From: Candidatus Kaiserbacteria bacterium
Lineage (GTDB): Bacteria > Patescibacteriota > Minisyncoccia > Phycocordibacterales > Phycocordibacteraceae
DNA: 64,000 nucleotides
NCBI GenBank assembly: GCA_027451665.1
Contig: DAIDIW010000001.1
Location: forward strand, 159,773 to 223,772
Reading direction: 5' to 3'
Positions 17,973 through 26,683 of the stretch are shown one piece after another. Positions within the stretch are counted from its first letter, which is position 1; each line of letters opens with the position of its first letter. The position numbers and the translations under genes were made by a program. The notes below the pieces were generated by a model. That model did no database searches. It was not told where the DNA came from and was given only the letters and a program-made list of their open reading frames with translations.

Positions 17973-19021
17973 CTGATTTCCAGGTTCAACTTCTCGACCC
18001 AACTTCTGCAGTGGATGCTGCAGAAATCACGCGGCTCCGCACAGAGGGGTATGACTTCATCGACTCGTACGATGAGCAGCGTGCTGAACTAGCCGAGATC
18101 CGCGATCCTGAAGCGGTAGGTGGGACGCCACGGCCTCTTTCAGAGGATCCGGGGGAGATGGTTGCGGTATTTCCGTGGCGGAAAGTGCTCGTACGGATTC
18201 TTGGAAAGGCAGCATATCGCGAGCTGCGCAATAATAGGAATAGGGATCTTCTCACGAAGAGCGAACAAGACCGTTTTGCGGCGGCGTGCATCGGTTTTGC
18301 CGGACTAAATGTGGGCAACCCCGGCGCCGTGTGCATCGCGCTTGAAGGAGGCGCTCGCTCCATGAAACTTGCCGACCTTGATACGCTTTCGGTCACGAAC
18401 CTGAATCGCTTTCGTGCAGGCTTGCCGGATCTCGGCGTGAACAAGGCGATGCTTACGGCGCGTCAAATTCTTGAGGTTGATCCCTACTATACGCTTGAGT
18501 TGCACGAGCATGGCATCATGCCAGACACAGTCGGTGATTTTCTCGGGGAGCCGAGGATCGATGTCCTTATCGAAGAGATGGATGCGCTCCCACTCAAGAT
18601 CGCTATTCGCGAGGCTGCTAAGAATAGGGGAATTCCGGTAGTCATGGTGACCGGTAACGGAGAAGGGATTCTGCTCGACGTTGAGCGATTTGACCAAGAT
18701 CCGGATCTTCCGATATTCAACGGACTCATGGAGGAACGCGTCATGACCGCGATTACGCATCCGTCCGGCCCACTCGCACCTCGCGAGAAGATTGCGCTCG
18801 CGCGCGACTTTATGGGTTCCCAGTACCTGGATCCTTGCCTTGTAGATTCATTCTCCAAATTCGGTTCCGAGCTCGTCGGTATTCCACAGCTCGCCGAGTC
18901 TTCCTTTATGCGCGGAGCGGCACTCTGCTACGCGGTGAAAGCCATAATACTTGATCGTCCTCTTTCGTCGGGGCGATATTCCTTCTCCTTTGCTAGAGGT
19001 CTTTTACCGTTTGTACAGTAA
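17969..19021 (+). CDS. ThiF/E1-like adenylyltransferase, Rv1355c (MoeY)-like
   Basis: FPWRKVLVRIL..YRELRNNRNRDLL..EQ; GFAGLNVG; LADLDTLSVTNLNR; LDVERFD; IPQLA; ATGA overlap with upstream gene. Confidence 0.85.
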   Translation: MTDFQVQLLDPTSAVDAAEITRLRTEGYDFIDSYDEQRAELAEIRDPEAVGGTPRPLSEDPGEMVAVFPWRKVLVRILGKAAYRELRNNRNRDLLTKSEQDRFAAACIGFAGLNVGNPGAVCIALEGGARSMKLADLDTLSVTNLNRFRAGLPDLGVNKAMLTARQILEVDPYYTLELHEHGIMPDTVGDFLGEPRIDVLIEEMDALPLKIAIREAAKNRGIPVVMVTGNGEGILLDVERFDQDPDLPIFNGLMEERVMTAITHPSGPLAPREKIALARDFMGSQYLDPCLVDSFSKFGSELVGIPQLAESSFMRGAALCYAVKAIILDRPLSSGRYSFSFARGLLPFVQ

Positions 19022-19030
19022 GTTGCATAT

Positions 19031-20599
19031 ATGCAATCGATCCTAAATCTTGATTTGCTTTGGGTCGGACTCGCTGTAGCGGGCGCGGGAACGCTAGGAT
19101 TCTCGATATATTTTCCGGATACAAAAAGTGCAACTTCTCGGATGTTTCTTCTTTTCACCTCGATTAGCATTTTCTGGAGTATCTCGAATTTTGCGAGCGC
19201 TCGGGTCGTCGATCCTAGACTTGCACTTTGGCTCATTCGTGCGGTGCTTTTCTTTGCGAGCTGGCATGCGTTCTCATTTTTCCTGCTTGCATATCAATTT
19301 CCAGATCGCGCCATGCGATTATCAAAAACGCTCTTTCTAGGGCTTCTTTCTTGGACGGCCGCGATATCGCTCGTGGTACTTACTCCAGTAGTATACGAAG
19401 CAGTTACTGCGATTTCTCCCGTCATCGAAACAAAGACCGGTCCAGGTATCATCCTCTTCGGACTCACTGTTTTTGGGTTCATAGGTACCGGCATATGGGT
19501 TCTCGCGCGCAAGTATTTCGATACTGAGGGGGAAGCACATCGACAGATTGAATTCGTATTGACAGGAATGTCGACAACGTTCTTTTTCCTCATCATCTTT
19601 GATTTTATTTTCCCCGCCTTCCTGAATAATCCAACCTTTGTTCCATTTGGTGGGTTATTCCTCCTTCCTTTCATTTTTGGTACCGCGCATGCGATTCTTC
19701 ATTATCGACTTTTTAATCCTCGCGTCGCATGGTTCGGGTTATTAACGTTCATGCTAGCGACTGCGACTTTCTTCGACATACTCCTTTCTGCAACGGTTTG
19801 GCTTGTTCTTTATCGTGTAGCAGAGTTGGTCCTCGTCCTAGTAGCTGGAATCTGGTTGATTCGAAGCATGGTACGGGAATTCGAACTGGAGGAGGAGCTG
19901 AAGGAAATTAACAAGCGACAGGAGGGCCTCATTCATTTCGTGGGACACGAAGTGAAGGGCTTCCTTACGAAGGCGGCTGGCGTATTCTCCATGCTCGACG
20001 AAGGCGATCTCGGCCCCTTACCGGAGAACATGAAGCCGTTTATCGATCGCGCGCTCGAGGATACCCGCCATGGCGTCACGAGTGTCTCGGATATATTGAA
20101 GGCATCGAACCTGAAGAAGGGAACCGTGAATTACACGAAAGTGCCGTTCGATTTGAAGGCCGCGGCTAAGGAATCCGTCGATCGTGCGAAGCAGAACGCA
20201 GAACAGAAGGGATTGAGGCTCTCCTTCACGGCAGACGAGGGCGATTTCACCCTAAGCGGAGATAGAGGAGAGGTCCTCGACCACGTGCTGCGCAACCTCG
20301 TGGACAATGCAATCAACTACACGCCATCGGGTTCGATAGACGTCTCACTCACGCATAAGGACGGCAGACTCGTCTTTGCGGTGAAGGACACCGGCGTCGG
20401 TATTACTGACGAGGATAAGAAGTACCTCTTTACCGAGGGCGGTCACGGCAAGGATTCGCAGAAGATAAACGTGAACTCCACCGGGTACGGCCTCTTTATC
20501 GCGAAGCAAGTCACCGAGGCGCATGGCGGTACGGTCGCGGCCTCTTCCGAAGGCCCCGGCACTGGCTCTATGTTCACCGCTTCTTTCCCTGAGGCGTAG
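19031..20599 (+). CDS. Sensor histidine kinase with N-terminal 7TM-type membrane sensor
   Basis: About 8-9 TM helices; H-box VGHEVKG; N-box RNLVDNAINYT; DTGVG; STGYGLFIAK. Confidence 0.9.
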   Translation: MQSILNLDLLWVGLAVAGAGTLGFSIYFPDTKSATSRMFLLFTSISIFWSISNFASARVVDPRLALWLIRAVLFFASWHAFSFFLLAYQFPDRAMRLSKTLFLGLLSWTAAISLVVLTPVVYEAVTAISPVIETKTGPGIILFGLTVFGFIGTGIWVLARKYFDTEGEAHRQIEFVLTGMSTTFFFLIIFDFIFPAFLNNPTFVPFGGLFLLPFIFGTAHAILHYRLFNPRVAWFGLLTFMLATATFFDILLSATVWLVLYRVAELVLVLVAGIWLIRSMVREFELEEELKEINKRQEGLIHFVGHEVKGFLTKAAGVFSMLDEGDLGPLPENMKPFIDRALEDTRHGVTSVSDILKASNLKKGTVNYTKVPFDLKAAAKESVDRAKQNAEQKGLRLSFTADEGDFTLSGDRGEVLDHVLRNLVDNAINYTPSGSIDVSLTHKDGRLVFAVKDTGVGITDEDKKYLFTEGGHGKDSQKINVNSTGYGLFIAKQVTEAHGGTVAASSEGPGTGSMFTASFPEA

Positions 20600-20743
20600 C
20601 GACCGCAGCATCGCTTTGGCCGGCTTCTTCCCAGGCGAGCCTGAACGCTTGCCGGACGACAGTCGCAAAATCTGCGCTCTGGCTCTAGGTGACCGCGCCG
20701 AAGGATCTACCGCGCACAGCGGAAGCATTTCATGCCCGTGCAT

Positions 20744-20772
20744 AAAGAAGCCGCCGCCCGAATGGGCGGCGG
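20744..20772 (-). terminator. Intrinsic terminator after GNAT gene
   Basis: CCGCCGCCC/GGGCGGCGG stem followed by CTTCTTT on - strand. Confidence 0.65.
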
Positions 20773-20776
20773 ATAC

Positions 20777-21430
20777 TCATTTACTCTCCTTCTTCAATCT
20801 CGCGAGCTGCTGCTTTGTCAGCTTCGGCAGCTTACCCGTCTCGAGATAGCAGTTCCAGATCGGCTCGAAGTCCCCAGGGAATACATCGAAGAGGATCTCG
20901 TCCACACGTTTCCCGCTATCCAGCTCCTGGCCACGCCTGCGACCAACGTATCGGTAGCCGCACGCGATGAGGTGGCCATGACTACGCTCGTTGAATGCCT
21001 TTATGCTCGAGTTCACCTTATAGAGACAGAGTTCGTGGAATGCGACGTGGAGAAGGAGCAGTTTCGCTTCCTTCCCATAGCCCTTCCCAAAGCAGTCCTT
21101 ATCCCAGATGAGCGTGCCGCTCGTCGCGGTGCTCTCCGGCTGGCGGATCTTGTGCAGGCCGGTATGGCCGATGTATCGATATCCAACAAGCTTGCTGCCT
21201 TCAAAGACGTGAAGAAGGATCGCGAAGACCACGTCGGTTCCAGCACGCTTGCGAGCTGCTAACCCATCGAACCACGCATACTCCTCTTCGATGGTGACCG
21301 GCGGCGTCATGAGCACGCCGCGGACGACGTCAGGATCGTTCACGCCTTGCATGAGTTCCCGGACGTATTCCCGTTGCATAGCGCCGAGCGAGATGTTCAC
21401 GCGGCCATTGTAGATAGGATAGTGCGACAT
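20777..21430 (-). CDS. RimJ/RimL-family GNAT N-acetyltransferase
   Basis: YIGHTGL; CFGKGYGKEA acetyl-CoA motif; FNERS..L..CGY; GGAG SD upstream. Confidence 0.88.
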   Translation of the reverse strand: MSHYPIYNGRVNISLGAMQREYVRELMQGVNDPDVVRGVLMTPPVTIEEEYAWFDGLAARKRAGTDVVFAILLHVFEGSKLVGYRYIGHTGLHKIRQPESTATSGTLIWDKDCFGKGYGKEAKLLLLHVAFHELCLYKVNSSIKAFNERSHGHLIACGYRYVGRRRGQELDSGKRVDEILFDVFPGDFEPIWNCYLETGKLPKLTKQQLARLKKESK

Positions 21431-21473
21431 AGGTATCTCCAAAGATCATGCTCTGCTCAAGAAACGAGAAGGA

Positions 21474-21645
21474 ATCCCAGCTTCCGCAGAGCCGGGATGT
21501 TTCTTATCAGGAGGCGGGGGAGAAGAAATATCGCGGCTATGCGCAAACGAAGATGCCGAGGTCTGAGACCTGGATCGTCTTCGTCAGGCAATTACCGCGA
21601 TAGAAATGCATGCAATTACCTTACCTCTTGCACCGCATTTGTCAA
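21474..21645 (-). promoter_or_regulatory. Promoter plus structured leader with 24-aa uORF upstream of GNAT
   Basis: TTGACA-16-TAAGGT; uORF 21611-21537 (MHFYRGNCLTKTIQVSDLGIFVCA); nested inverted repeats; terminator-like hairpin 21474-21498. Confidence 0.5.
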
Positions 21646-21691
21646 ATTTCAGATTGTAAGAACGCCGCGGCTTTGCTAGTCTCTTCAGTAC

Positions 21692-21765
21692 GCCGATGTA
21701 GCTCAGTCGGTTAGAGCGTGGCATTCATAAAGCCAAGGTCGGAGGTTCGATCCCTCCCATCGGCA
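21692..21765 (+). tRNA. tRNA-Met(CAT), elongator-type
   Basis: Acceptor GCCGATG/CATCGGC; anticodon loop TTCATAA; GGTTCGA T-loop; A-A mismatch at 31-39. Confidence 0.9.
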
Positions 21766-21798
21766 CAACCTTTTTACAGCACCTTCGTTCCATAGGGT

Positions 21799-21994
21799 AT
21801 GGAAACGAAGGTCGCTGTATGTCTTCTATTTCTGCCTGCCCATCTGTGCAGGGCTCGTACTTGCGGGCATCTGGACGAATGGGGCAGACTGGCCCATCTG
21901 GCTCGTGAAGCTCATCCCGACCACCTTCATCGTGGGCCTGGCCACCTTACTTATCTGGTTTACCTACCTCATGCGCCGGCTCGCCGCGCGCTGA
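21799..21994 (+). pseudogene. Frameshifted small 2-TM membrane protein
   Basis: ATG at 21799 (METKV) but hydrophobic body LYVFYFCLPICAGLVLAGIW..KLIPTTFIVGLATLLIWF lies in the +1 frame with no start of its own. Confidence 0.45.
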
Positions 21995-22050
21995 CAAAAC
22001 AAAACCGTTCTGCTACTATTCTCCCGTCGAGCGCCCTAGGCCTCGCTTTT

Positions 22051-22125
22051 GCGGGAGTAGCTCAATTTGGTTAGAGCATCCGCCTGTCACGCGGAAGGTT
22101 GCGGGTTCAAGTCCCGTCTCTCGCG
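22051..22125 (+). tRNA. tRNA-Asp(GTC)
   Basis: TCCGC-CTGTCAC-GCGGA anticodon arm; GGTTCAA T-loop. Confidence 0.95.
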
Positions 22126-22215
22126 CATCTAAAAGCCCAGATAAAACCTGCGGTAGTGGCTGGTCTTGTGGGGATGCTATGCTTTGTGCAGGCGAAAGCC
22201 TTAATATTTAAGAAA

Positions 22216-22869
22216 ATGAACCGATTTTTATCGAGCCATCCCCGCGCGCTCGCCGCAGCGGTAGGCGTAGTCACGATCGTCTCGATGTTCGCGATGACGC
22301 CGGTCGCGCAGGCAAGTAGCCTCACCTCTTCGCAGGTGAACGCAATCATGACGCTTCTCCAGGCGTTTGGCGCGGATTCCGCGACCATTGCGAACGTGCA
22401 GGCAGCGCTCATGGGTACTTCATCCGGAACGACGGTACAGACTTCGACCTCAACGCCGTCGTATAACGGACCCGGTAACGCGTCGAGCTGCATGTCCATT
22501 TCCGGTACCCTCTCGGTCGGGTCCCGCGGAGAGGACGTTACGAGGCTGCAGCAATTCCTCGCGCAAAATAAGAGCATCTACCCTCAAGGATTGGTAACCG
22601 GCTATTACGGCACCGAGACGGAGGATGCGGTGCGCCGCTATCAGGCGCTGCACGGCATTGTTGCAACCGGCACGCCTTCCACTACGGGTTACGGCATAGT
22701 CGGCCCGTCTACCCGCGGTGAGATGGAGCACGAGATGGAATCCGAGTGCAACAGTGGCGATCACAGCAATAGCACCGACAATGCATCCTCGACGCCTTCG
22801 CAGGAAGGTGAGCATGGACAGGCTACGACAACATCGTCAGACAGCAGTTCTGGTTCAAAGGACAACTAA
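22216..22869 (+). CDS. Exported peptidoglycan-binding domain protein
   Basis: Signal peptide; LTSSQVNAI..AAL motif; GSRGEDVTRLQQFL..TGYYGTETEDAVRRYQ..GYGIVGPSTR. Confidence 0.85.
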   Translation: MNRFLSSHPRALAAAVGVVTIVSMFAMTPVAQASSLTSSQVNAIMTLLQAFGADSATIANVQAALMGTSSGTTVQTSTSTPSYNGPGNASSCMSISGTLSVGSRGEDVTRLQQFLAQNKSIYPQGLVTGYYGTETEDAVRRYQALHGIVATGTPSTTGYGIVGPSTRGEMEHEMESECNSGDHSNSTDNASSTPSQEGEHGQATTTSSDSSSGSKDN

Positions 22870-22940
22870 CGAACGGTATTGTCATGCGAATCCACCGCGC
22901 GGCGCCAGAGGCGCCGCGCGGTGGCGTTATAGTGAAAAAG

Positions 22941-24140
22941 ATGCGTTCTCTGCGCGCGCGAGCATTCGATCTCCTCAAAAAGAACCGGCGTACGACCGAC
23001 GGACACCTCTATACCGTCCCGTCGCCCGATACCTATCCGTACCAATGGCTCTGGGATTCGTGTTTTCATGCGATCGTGCTCGCGAAATTTGATCCTGAAG
23101 CGGCGAAAGCCGAGCTCTTCGCGCTCGCGTCCCGGCAGTTCGATGACGGTATGATCCCGCATATCCTCTATTGGAGTCCGGGTACGCTCCATCGTTACGA
23201 CTGGGGAACGCCGGGGACGAGTGCGCTTACACAGCCGCCGCTGCTCGCGTATGCCGCGTGGGAGACCTACAAGGCGACCGCGGACGCAGCGTTTCTGAGA
23301 GAGCTGTATCCGCATTTGCTGCGGTTCTATCGGTATCTGATTGAAAAGCGCGACCCGCGCGACCACCACCTTGTGGGCATCATAAACCCGGACGAATCCG
23401 GCGAAGATAATAGCCCGCGCTTTGACGACGTGCTTCACGTGCCCGCGGATATCACGCTCGCCGACCATCTCGCGCGTCGGCTCGAGCTCGTGGATGCGAA
23501 CCGAACCTGCCATTTCGACGCAGAGCTCTGCATGAAGCGGCACTTCTGGGTGAAGGACGTTCCGTTCCAGGCCGTTCTTATCGAGAATCTGCGCACGCTG
23601 GGGCACATCGCGTCCGTCATCGAGGACGCGGACGGCGAGCATTTTGCGAGCGTAAATAGCGGTCTCGTGACCGATGCGGTGCGCGAGAGGCTCTTCGATC
23701 GGGATGCCGGCGTATTCTGGAGCGCGGCCGGCAATGAGTACCGACCGCTCAAGGTCGCTACGTGGGCGCACTTTGCGCCGCTCTTCACAGACCTATATTC
23801 GCCTCCAGAAGCGAAGCGGGTCGTGGAGATGCTCTTCGATGAGCGCACCTTCTGGTCGCCCTATGGCGTACGTACGGTCTCGAAGCAGGAAACCTCATAC
23901 CGACCGGACGGCTACTGGCGCGGTTCCGTGTGGATGGCACCGCACTGGTTCATCTACAAGGGACTCATGCGCTATGGATTCATGAACGAAGCGCAGCGCA
24001 TACGAGATGCTTCCGCTCGTTTGCTCGAACAGGAAGGATTCCGCGAGTATTTCGATCCCGAGACGGGCAGGGGATATGGTGCGCACGACTTCACCTGGGG
24101 CGCACTGGTCACTGACATGGTCGAGGACGACCAGACTTAG
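22941..24140 (+). CDS. MGH1-like/GH63 glycoside hydrolase
   Basis: YPYQWLWDSCFHA, TQPP, ESGEDNSPRFD, YWRGSVW, FREYFDP, FTWG. Confidence 0.85.
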   Translation: MRSLRARAFDLLKKNRRTTDGHLYTVPSPDTYPYQWLWDSCFHAIVLAKFDPEAAKAELFALASRQFDDGMIPHILYWSPGTLHRYDWGTPGTSALTQPPLLAYAAWETYKATADAAFLRELYPHLLRFYRYLIEKRDPRDHHLVGIINPDESGEDNSPRFDDVLHVPADITLADHLARRLELVDANRTCHFDAELCMKRHFWVKDVPFQAVLIENLRTLGHIASVIEDADGEHFASVNSGLVTDAVRERLFDRDAGVFWSAAGNEYRPLKVATWAHFAPLFTDLYSPPEAKRVVEMLFDERTFWSPYGVRTVSKQETSYRPDGYWRGSVWMAPHWFIYKGLMRYGFMNEAQRIRDASARLLEQEGFREYFDPETGRGYGAHDFTWGALVTDMVEDDQT

Positions 24141-24169
24141 CCGGGCCGAGCTGCCGTATACTGAATACC

Positions 24170-25102
24170 GTGACCTACGAAGAACTCCGACAAGCGCTCG
24201 CACTCGAGCCAGAGATAGTACAAGGAACCGTACCGCACGTGGCGCGTTACATCGTGGGTGGTATGGGCGGTTCCGCGCTGCCGCCAGAGGCGCTTCGTTT
24301 CCTCGACCTCGCATTCCCGATCTCCGTGCATCGCGATTACGATCTGCCGGAGGACGCGCCGGAGGATACGCTCTATATCGCGATCTCCCATTCGGGGAAC
24401 ACCGCAGAGACGCTTTCTTTCGCGAAGGCGGCGCATGAGCGAGGACTCCCGCTTGCCGTCATTACCTCCGGCGGCGCGCTCGAGGCTTTCGCGCGAGAGC
24501 ATACGGTACCGCTTGTCCTCGTCCCGCGCGGCATGCAACCGAGAAGCGCGCTCTTCTATCAGCTCGGGGCGCTCCTGCGGCTCGTCGGTCGTTCAGATCT
24601 CGCCGCGGATCTCCGCAAGGCTGATTTCCGGGAATCAGACGTAGAGGGGGAGGCTCAAAGGCTTGCCGCGGCGCTCGCGGATACGCTTCCGCACTTCTAC
24701 GCGTCGCGCAAGAATGCGTTCCTCGCCTGGGTGGCGAAGATCCATACGAACGAGGGGGCGAAGATGCCGGCGTATGCGAATGCCTTTTCGGAGTTGAATC
24801 ACAATGAGATGCAATCATTCGATCGTATGGCGCCTCCTGGCATCGCGTCCGCAGTACGTTTCGTGCTCTTGCGGGATCCGCAGGAGGACGCGCGCGTCGC
24901 GCGCCGTATGGAGGTCTTCAAGGATGTGTTGCATGATCGCGAACGGACGGTGCATGAGCTCGCGCTTTGGGGGGAGACGCGCGCGACGCAGCTCGCGCGC
25001 GGATGGTTCGTGCTCGAGCGCTACGAGCGTCTCCTCGCACAGGCACGCGGAGTGGATCCAGACAGCGTGCCGCTCATCGAGGATTTTAAAAAACGGTTAT
25101 GA
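24170..25102 (+). CDS. Bifunctional phosphoglucose/phosphomannose isomerase (SIS domains)
   Basis: GGMGGSA, SHSGNTAET, ITSGGAL, QPRSA, SELNHNE. Confidence 0.88.
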   Translation: MTYEELRQALALEPEIVQGTVPHVARYIVGGMGGSALPPEALRFLDLAFPISVHRDYDLPEDAPEDTLYIAISHSGNTAETLSFAKAAHERGLPLAVITSGGALEAFAREHTVPLVLVPRGMQPRSALFYQLGALLRLVGRSDLAADLRKADFRESDVEGEAQRLAAALADTLPHFYASRKNAFLAWVAKIHTNEGAKMPAYANAFSELNHNEMQSFDRMAPPGIASAVRFVLLRDPQEDARVARRMEVFKDVLHDRERTVHELALWGETRATQLARGWFVLERYERLLAQARGVDPDSVPLIEDFKKRL

Positions 25103-25905
25103 AGCTTGTCTTCGACATCGGCGGTACGAGCATGCGTCTCGCGCGAGTCGATGGCGCTGCACTGCGAGACGTGAAGAAGGCGGCGACGCCGCCGGAAGGG
25201 GAGCACGGATTCGAGACCCTCTGCGAGCTCATCGAGCGATTGGCACCGGACGAGGGCATCGAGGCGATCGTGGGCGGTCTTGCGGGGGTCCTTCATGAGG
25301 ATGGCACGCTCTTGGGTTCGCCGAATTTGCCTGGGTGGAGCGGATTCCCGCTTGCACGTCGTCTCCAGGAGCGTTTCCACATTCCCGTCATAATCCATAA
25401 TGACAGCCTGCTCGCCGCGCTCGGCGAGGCACGGTATGGCGCTGGCCGCGCCCACCGTGTCGTTGCTCATTTGCGTATCGGTACCGGAGTCGGCGGCGCG
25501 CGCATCGTTCAAGGCAAGCTCGAGGCACACGCGAAGGGATTCGAACCGGGGCATCAGGTAATCGACCTCTCACGCGGCGCGACCCTCGAATCGCTCGTGG
25601 GCGGCGCATCGCTCGCGCGGAAGTATGGCGCGTCGCCTTCGACCCTCACGCGCGAGGCATATAGGGAAGCCACGCGCGCACTTTCCATCGGAGTGTGGAA
25701 TCTGATCGTGCATTGGTCGCCGGATGTCGTCGTCCTTGGCGGTTCGCTCATGAACGAGGAAACAGCCTATCGGCTCGCAGACGTGCGTATCGAGACGGAG
25801 AAGTTGCGCACCGTGCTCGCGCAGCTTCCCGAGATACGCGTCGGTACACTCGGGGACGACGCGGGGCTTTACGGCGCGGTGGCGCTCCTCGCAGAAAACG
25901 TTTGA
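25099..25905 (+). CDS. ROK family sugar kinase
   Basis: FDIGGT, SPNLPGW, HNDSLLAALGE, GTGVGG, EPGH. Confidence 0.9.
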   Translation: MKLVFDIGGTSMRLARVDGAALRDVKKAATPPEGEHGFETLCELIERLAPDEGIEAIVGGLAGVLHEDGTLLGSPNLPGWSGFPLARRLQERFHIPVIIHNDSLLAALGEARYGAGRAHRVVAHLRIGTGVGGARIVQGKLEAHAKGFEPGHQVIDLSRGATLESLVGGASLARKYGASPSTLTREAYREATRALSIGVWNLIVHWSPDVVVLGGSLMNEETAYRLADVRIETEKLRTVLAQLPEIRVGTLGDDAGLYGAVALLAENV

Positions 25906-25953
25906 AAAGCGGAGCTGTTTCGCGTACTATCGGTAGCGCATTATCGTATTGCC

Positions 25954-26029
25954 GCCGAGATAGCTCAGTTGGTAGAGCACACCCATGGTAAGGGTGAGGT
26001 CGCCGGTTCAATCCCGGCTCTCGGCTCCA
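25954..26029 (+). tRNA. tRNA-Thr(GGT)
   Basis: CACCC-ATGGTAA-GGGTG; encoded CCA. Confidence 0.95.
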
Positions 26030-26035
26030 GAGAAT

Positions 26036-26067
26036 GAAAAGCCGGTTCCAAGGGAGCCGGCTTTTCT
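26036..26067. terminator. Bidirectional terminator
   Basis: GAAAAGCCGGTTCC..GGAGCCGGCTTTTC. Confidence 0.7.
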
Positions 26068-26094
26068 GGTCCATCGCGTTTCCTTTCGCTCATG

Positions 26095-26430
26095 TCAAGG
26101 GAAACGGTCCGGGTAAAAAGGATTATTAAGGAAGAGGTTCGTGTTCAGGATCAATATGACCGGAATGACGCGCTTACGGTAATGGATCGACTTCCCGTCT
26201 GAGACATCAAATCCGCGCGCCTTAAGCTCCCGTCTCACTTCTGGAGAGGGCAGATTATCGAGTACCGGGCCTACTCCCTCGCAAATGTGGATAGCGCGCG
26301 CGATGCCGTCATTCTCACGTCGGATATACTCTTGCGCGAGCGTGATGAGTTTGCGGAGTCTTCGACGATTAAGACGCCGTTTTATGCGCTTATCTACAGT
26401 CCGTAACACGGTACGCAGCTTCGCGAACAT
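26095..26430 (-). CDS. Hypothetical basic protein
   Basis: 111-aa ORF with GGAGG SD filling the gap between two tRNA-Thr genes; no recognised motif. Confidence 0.5.
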   Translation of the reverse strand: MFAKLRTVLRTVDKRIKRRLNRRRLRKLITLAQEYIRRENDGIARAIHICEGVGPVLDNLPSPEVRRELKARGFDVSDGKSIHYRKRVIPVILILNTNLFLNNPFYPDRFP

Positions 26431-26563
26431 GGCCGTTCCTCCGGATGGTGCGGTCCCGCTTCAACATAACCACAAAAGACCAATCGTGGCAATGTTCCGT
26501 ATGTGTGCGGAGCCAGAGCCTTTTTACCGAAGGCGTTGTATGTTAAAAAGGACGAGCAAGCAC

Positions 26564-26636
26564 GCCGCCCTAGCTCAGCTGGTAGAGCAACCCCTTCGTA
26601 AGGGGTAGGTCCCGAGTTCGAATCTCGGGGGCGGCT
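26564..26636 (+). tRNA. tRNA-Thr(CGT)
   Basis: ACCCC-TTCGTAA-GGGGT; acceptor GCCGCCC/GGGCGGC. Confidence 0.95.
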
Positions 26637-26642
26637 CCGAGA

Positions 26643-26672
26643 CATGAGCCCCGCGTTTGCGCGGGGCTCATG
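26643..26672 (+). terminator. Hairpin after tRNA-Thr
   Basis: CATGAGCCCCGCG-TTTG-CGCGGGGCTCATG, perfect 13-bp stem. Confidence 0.6.
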
Positions 26673-26683
26673 CTATAGTCAGC

